64,000 nucleotides of DNA from Nitrospinales bacterium (GTDB lineage Bacteria; Nitrospinota; Nitrospinia; Nitrospinales; VA-1): assembly GCA_965262115.1 (NCBI GenBank), contig OZ253496.1, forward strand, positions 1,728,001-1,792,000, given 5' to 3'. How positions within the stretch are numbered: the stretch's first letter is position 1; each line of letters begins with the position of its first letter. Made by a program: the position numbers and the translations under genes. Of this stretch, positions 63,372 through 64,000 are shown one piece after another. The notes beneath the pieces are model-generated. The model was not told the DNA's origin. It was given only the letters and a program-made list of their open reading frames with translations, and did not search any database.

Positions 63372-64000
63372 ATGAAAATATTGGTAACAGGAGCCACGGG
63401 CCTGGTTGGAAGAAACTTGCTTCCTCTGCTTAAAGACAATGGGCATGAGGTCGTTGCCTTGACCCGAAATCCGGACACCGCCGGGGTACGATTGCCCGTT
63501 GCCGGCCAGATAATCCGCTGGGACCCCCTTTCCCATATTGGCCTTCCAGATTTGCCTGAAAATATTGATGCAGTGATCCATTTATGCGGGGAAGGAATCG
63601 CGGATGGACGTTGGACCCGAAAACGCAAACAGGCTATCTATGATTCCAGGATTCTGTCTACCCGCAATTTACTCAACCTGTTCAGCAAATCTAAAATCCC
63701 TCCCAAGGTATGGATTTCGGCATCCGCCATTGGCTACTACAAAAACTCCAGCCATCCCGCCCGGGAGGAAAACTCTCCACCGGACAATGGCTTTCTGGCG
63801 GAACTCTGCAAGGATTGGGAAAGAGAATCTTTTAAAGCCGAAGCGCTGGGAATTCGAACCCTGGCTTTACGCTTTGGAATTGTTCTGGGTCATGACTGGG
63901 GTGTCAGCGCTAAAATGTTGCCACCGTTTCGGATGGGGCTTGGAGGTCCTCTGGGAAAAGGAGATTCGTGGATGAGCTGGATTCATGTCCGCGACATAGC
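63372..64000 (+). CDS. TIGR01777-like NAD-dependent epimerase family protein (runs off the window)
   Basis: Manual translation MKILVTGATGLVG...SASAIGYY...FLAELCKDWE...GLGGPLGKGDSWMSWIH. Confidence 0.85.
   Translation, partial: MKILVTGATGLVGRNLLPLLKDNGHEVVALTRNPDTAGVRLPVAGQIIRWDPLSHIGLPDLPENIDAVIHLCGEGIADGRWTRKRKQAIYDSRILSTRNLLNLFSKSKIPPKVWISASAIGYYKNSSHPAREENSPPDNGFLAELCKDWERESFKAEALGIRTLALRFGIVLGHDWGVSAKMLPPFRMGLGGPLGKGDSWMSWIHVRDI

Overview
Bacterial chromosomal window. Gene content (shc, nirK remnant, sigma54 operons, FGE-sulfatase and TPR proteins) suggests a Nitrospina-like organism, but this is inference only. Core genes (argJ-argC, rpsI-rplM, tig-clpP-clpX-lon, orn, glnD-like, aroF) are followed by a sigma54-controlled redox operon, a ThDP enzyme/aldehyde dehydrogenase pair, several pseudogenes, two tRNAs plus a tRNA-His fragment, and an LPS/glycosyltransferase cluster. 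The most notable content is non-coding. (1) Two near-identical IS110 elements carry a readable bridge RNA in the left end, whose guides match both the insertion target (TTACCC-CT-TCGGG) and the circle junction (ACAGTTG-CT-TG). (2) That target is the hairpin of a ~38-41 nt dispersed mini-element (N-GTGAT-variable-TTCRTGCCCCGNAGGGGTA, about 14 copies plus two fused half-copies). The mini-element has itself inserted without target duplication into an IS3, REP-like repeats, another repeat family and copies of itself. (3) Two further MITE-like families nest with these. No enzyme that would mobilise the mini-element is identifiable in the window. All analysis was by eye; no searches were run.
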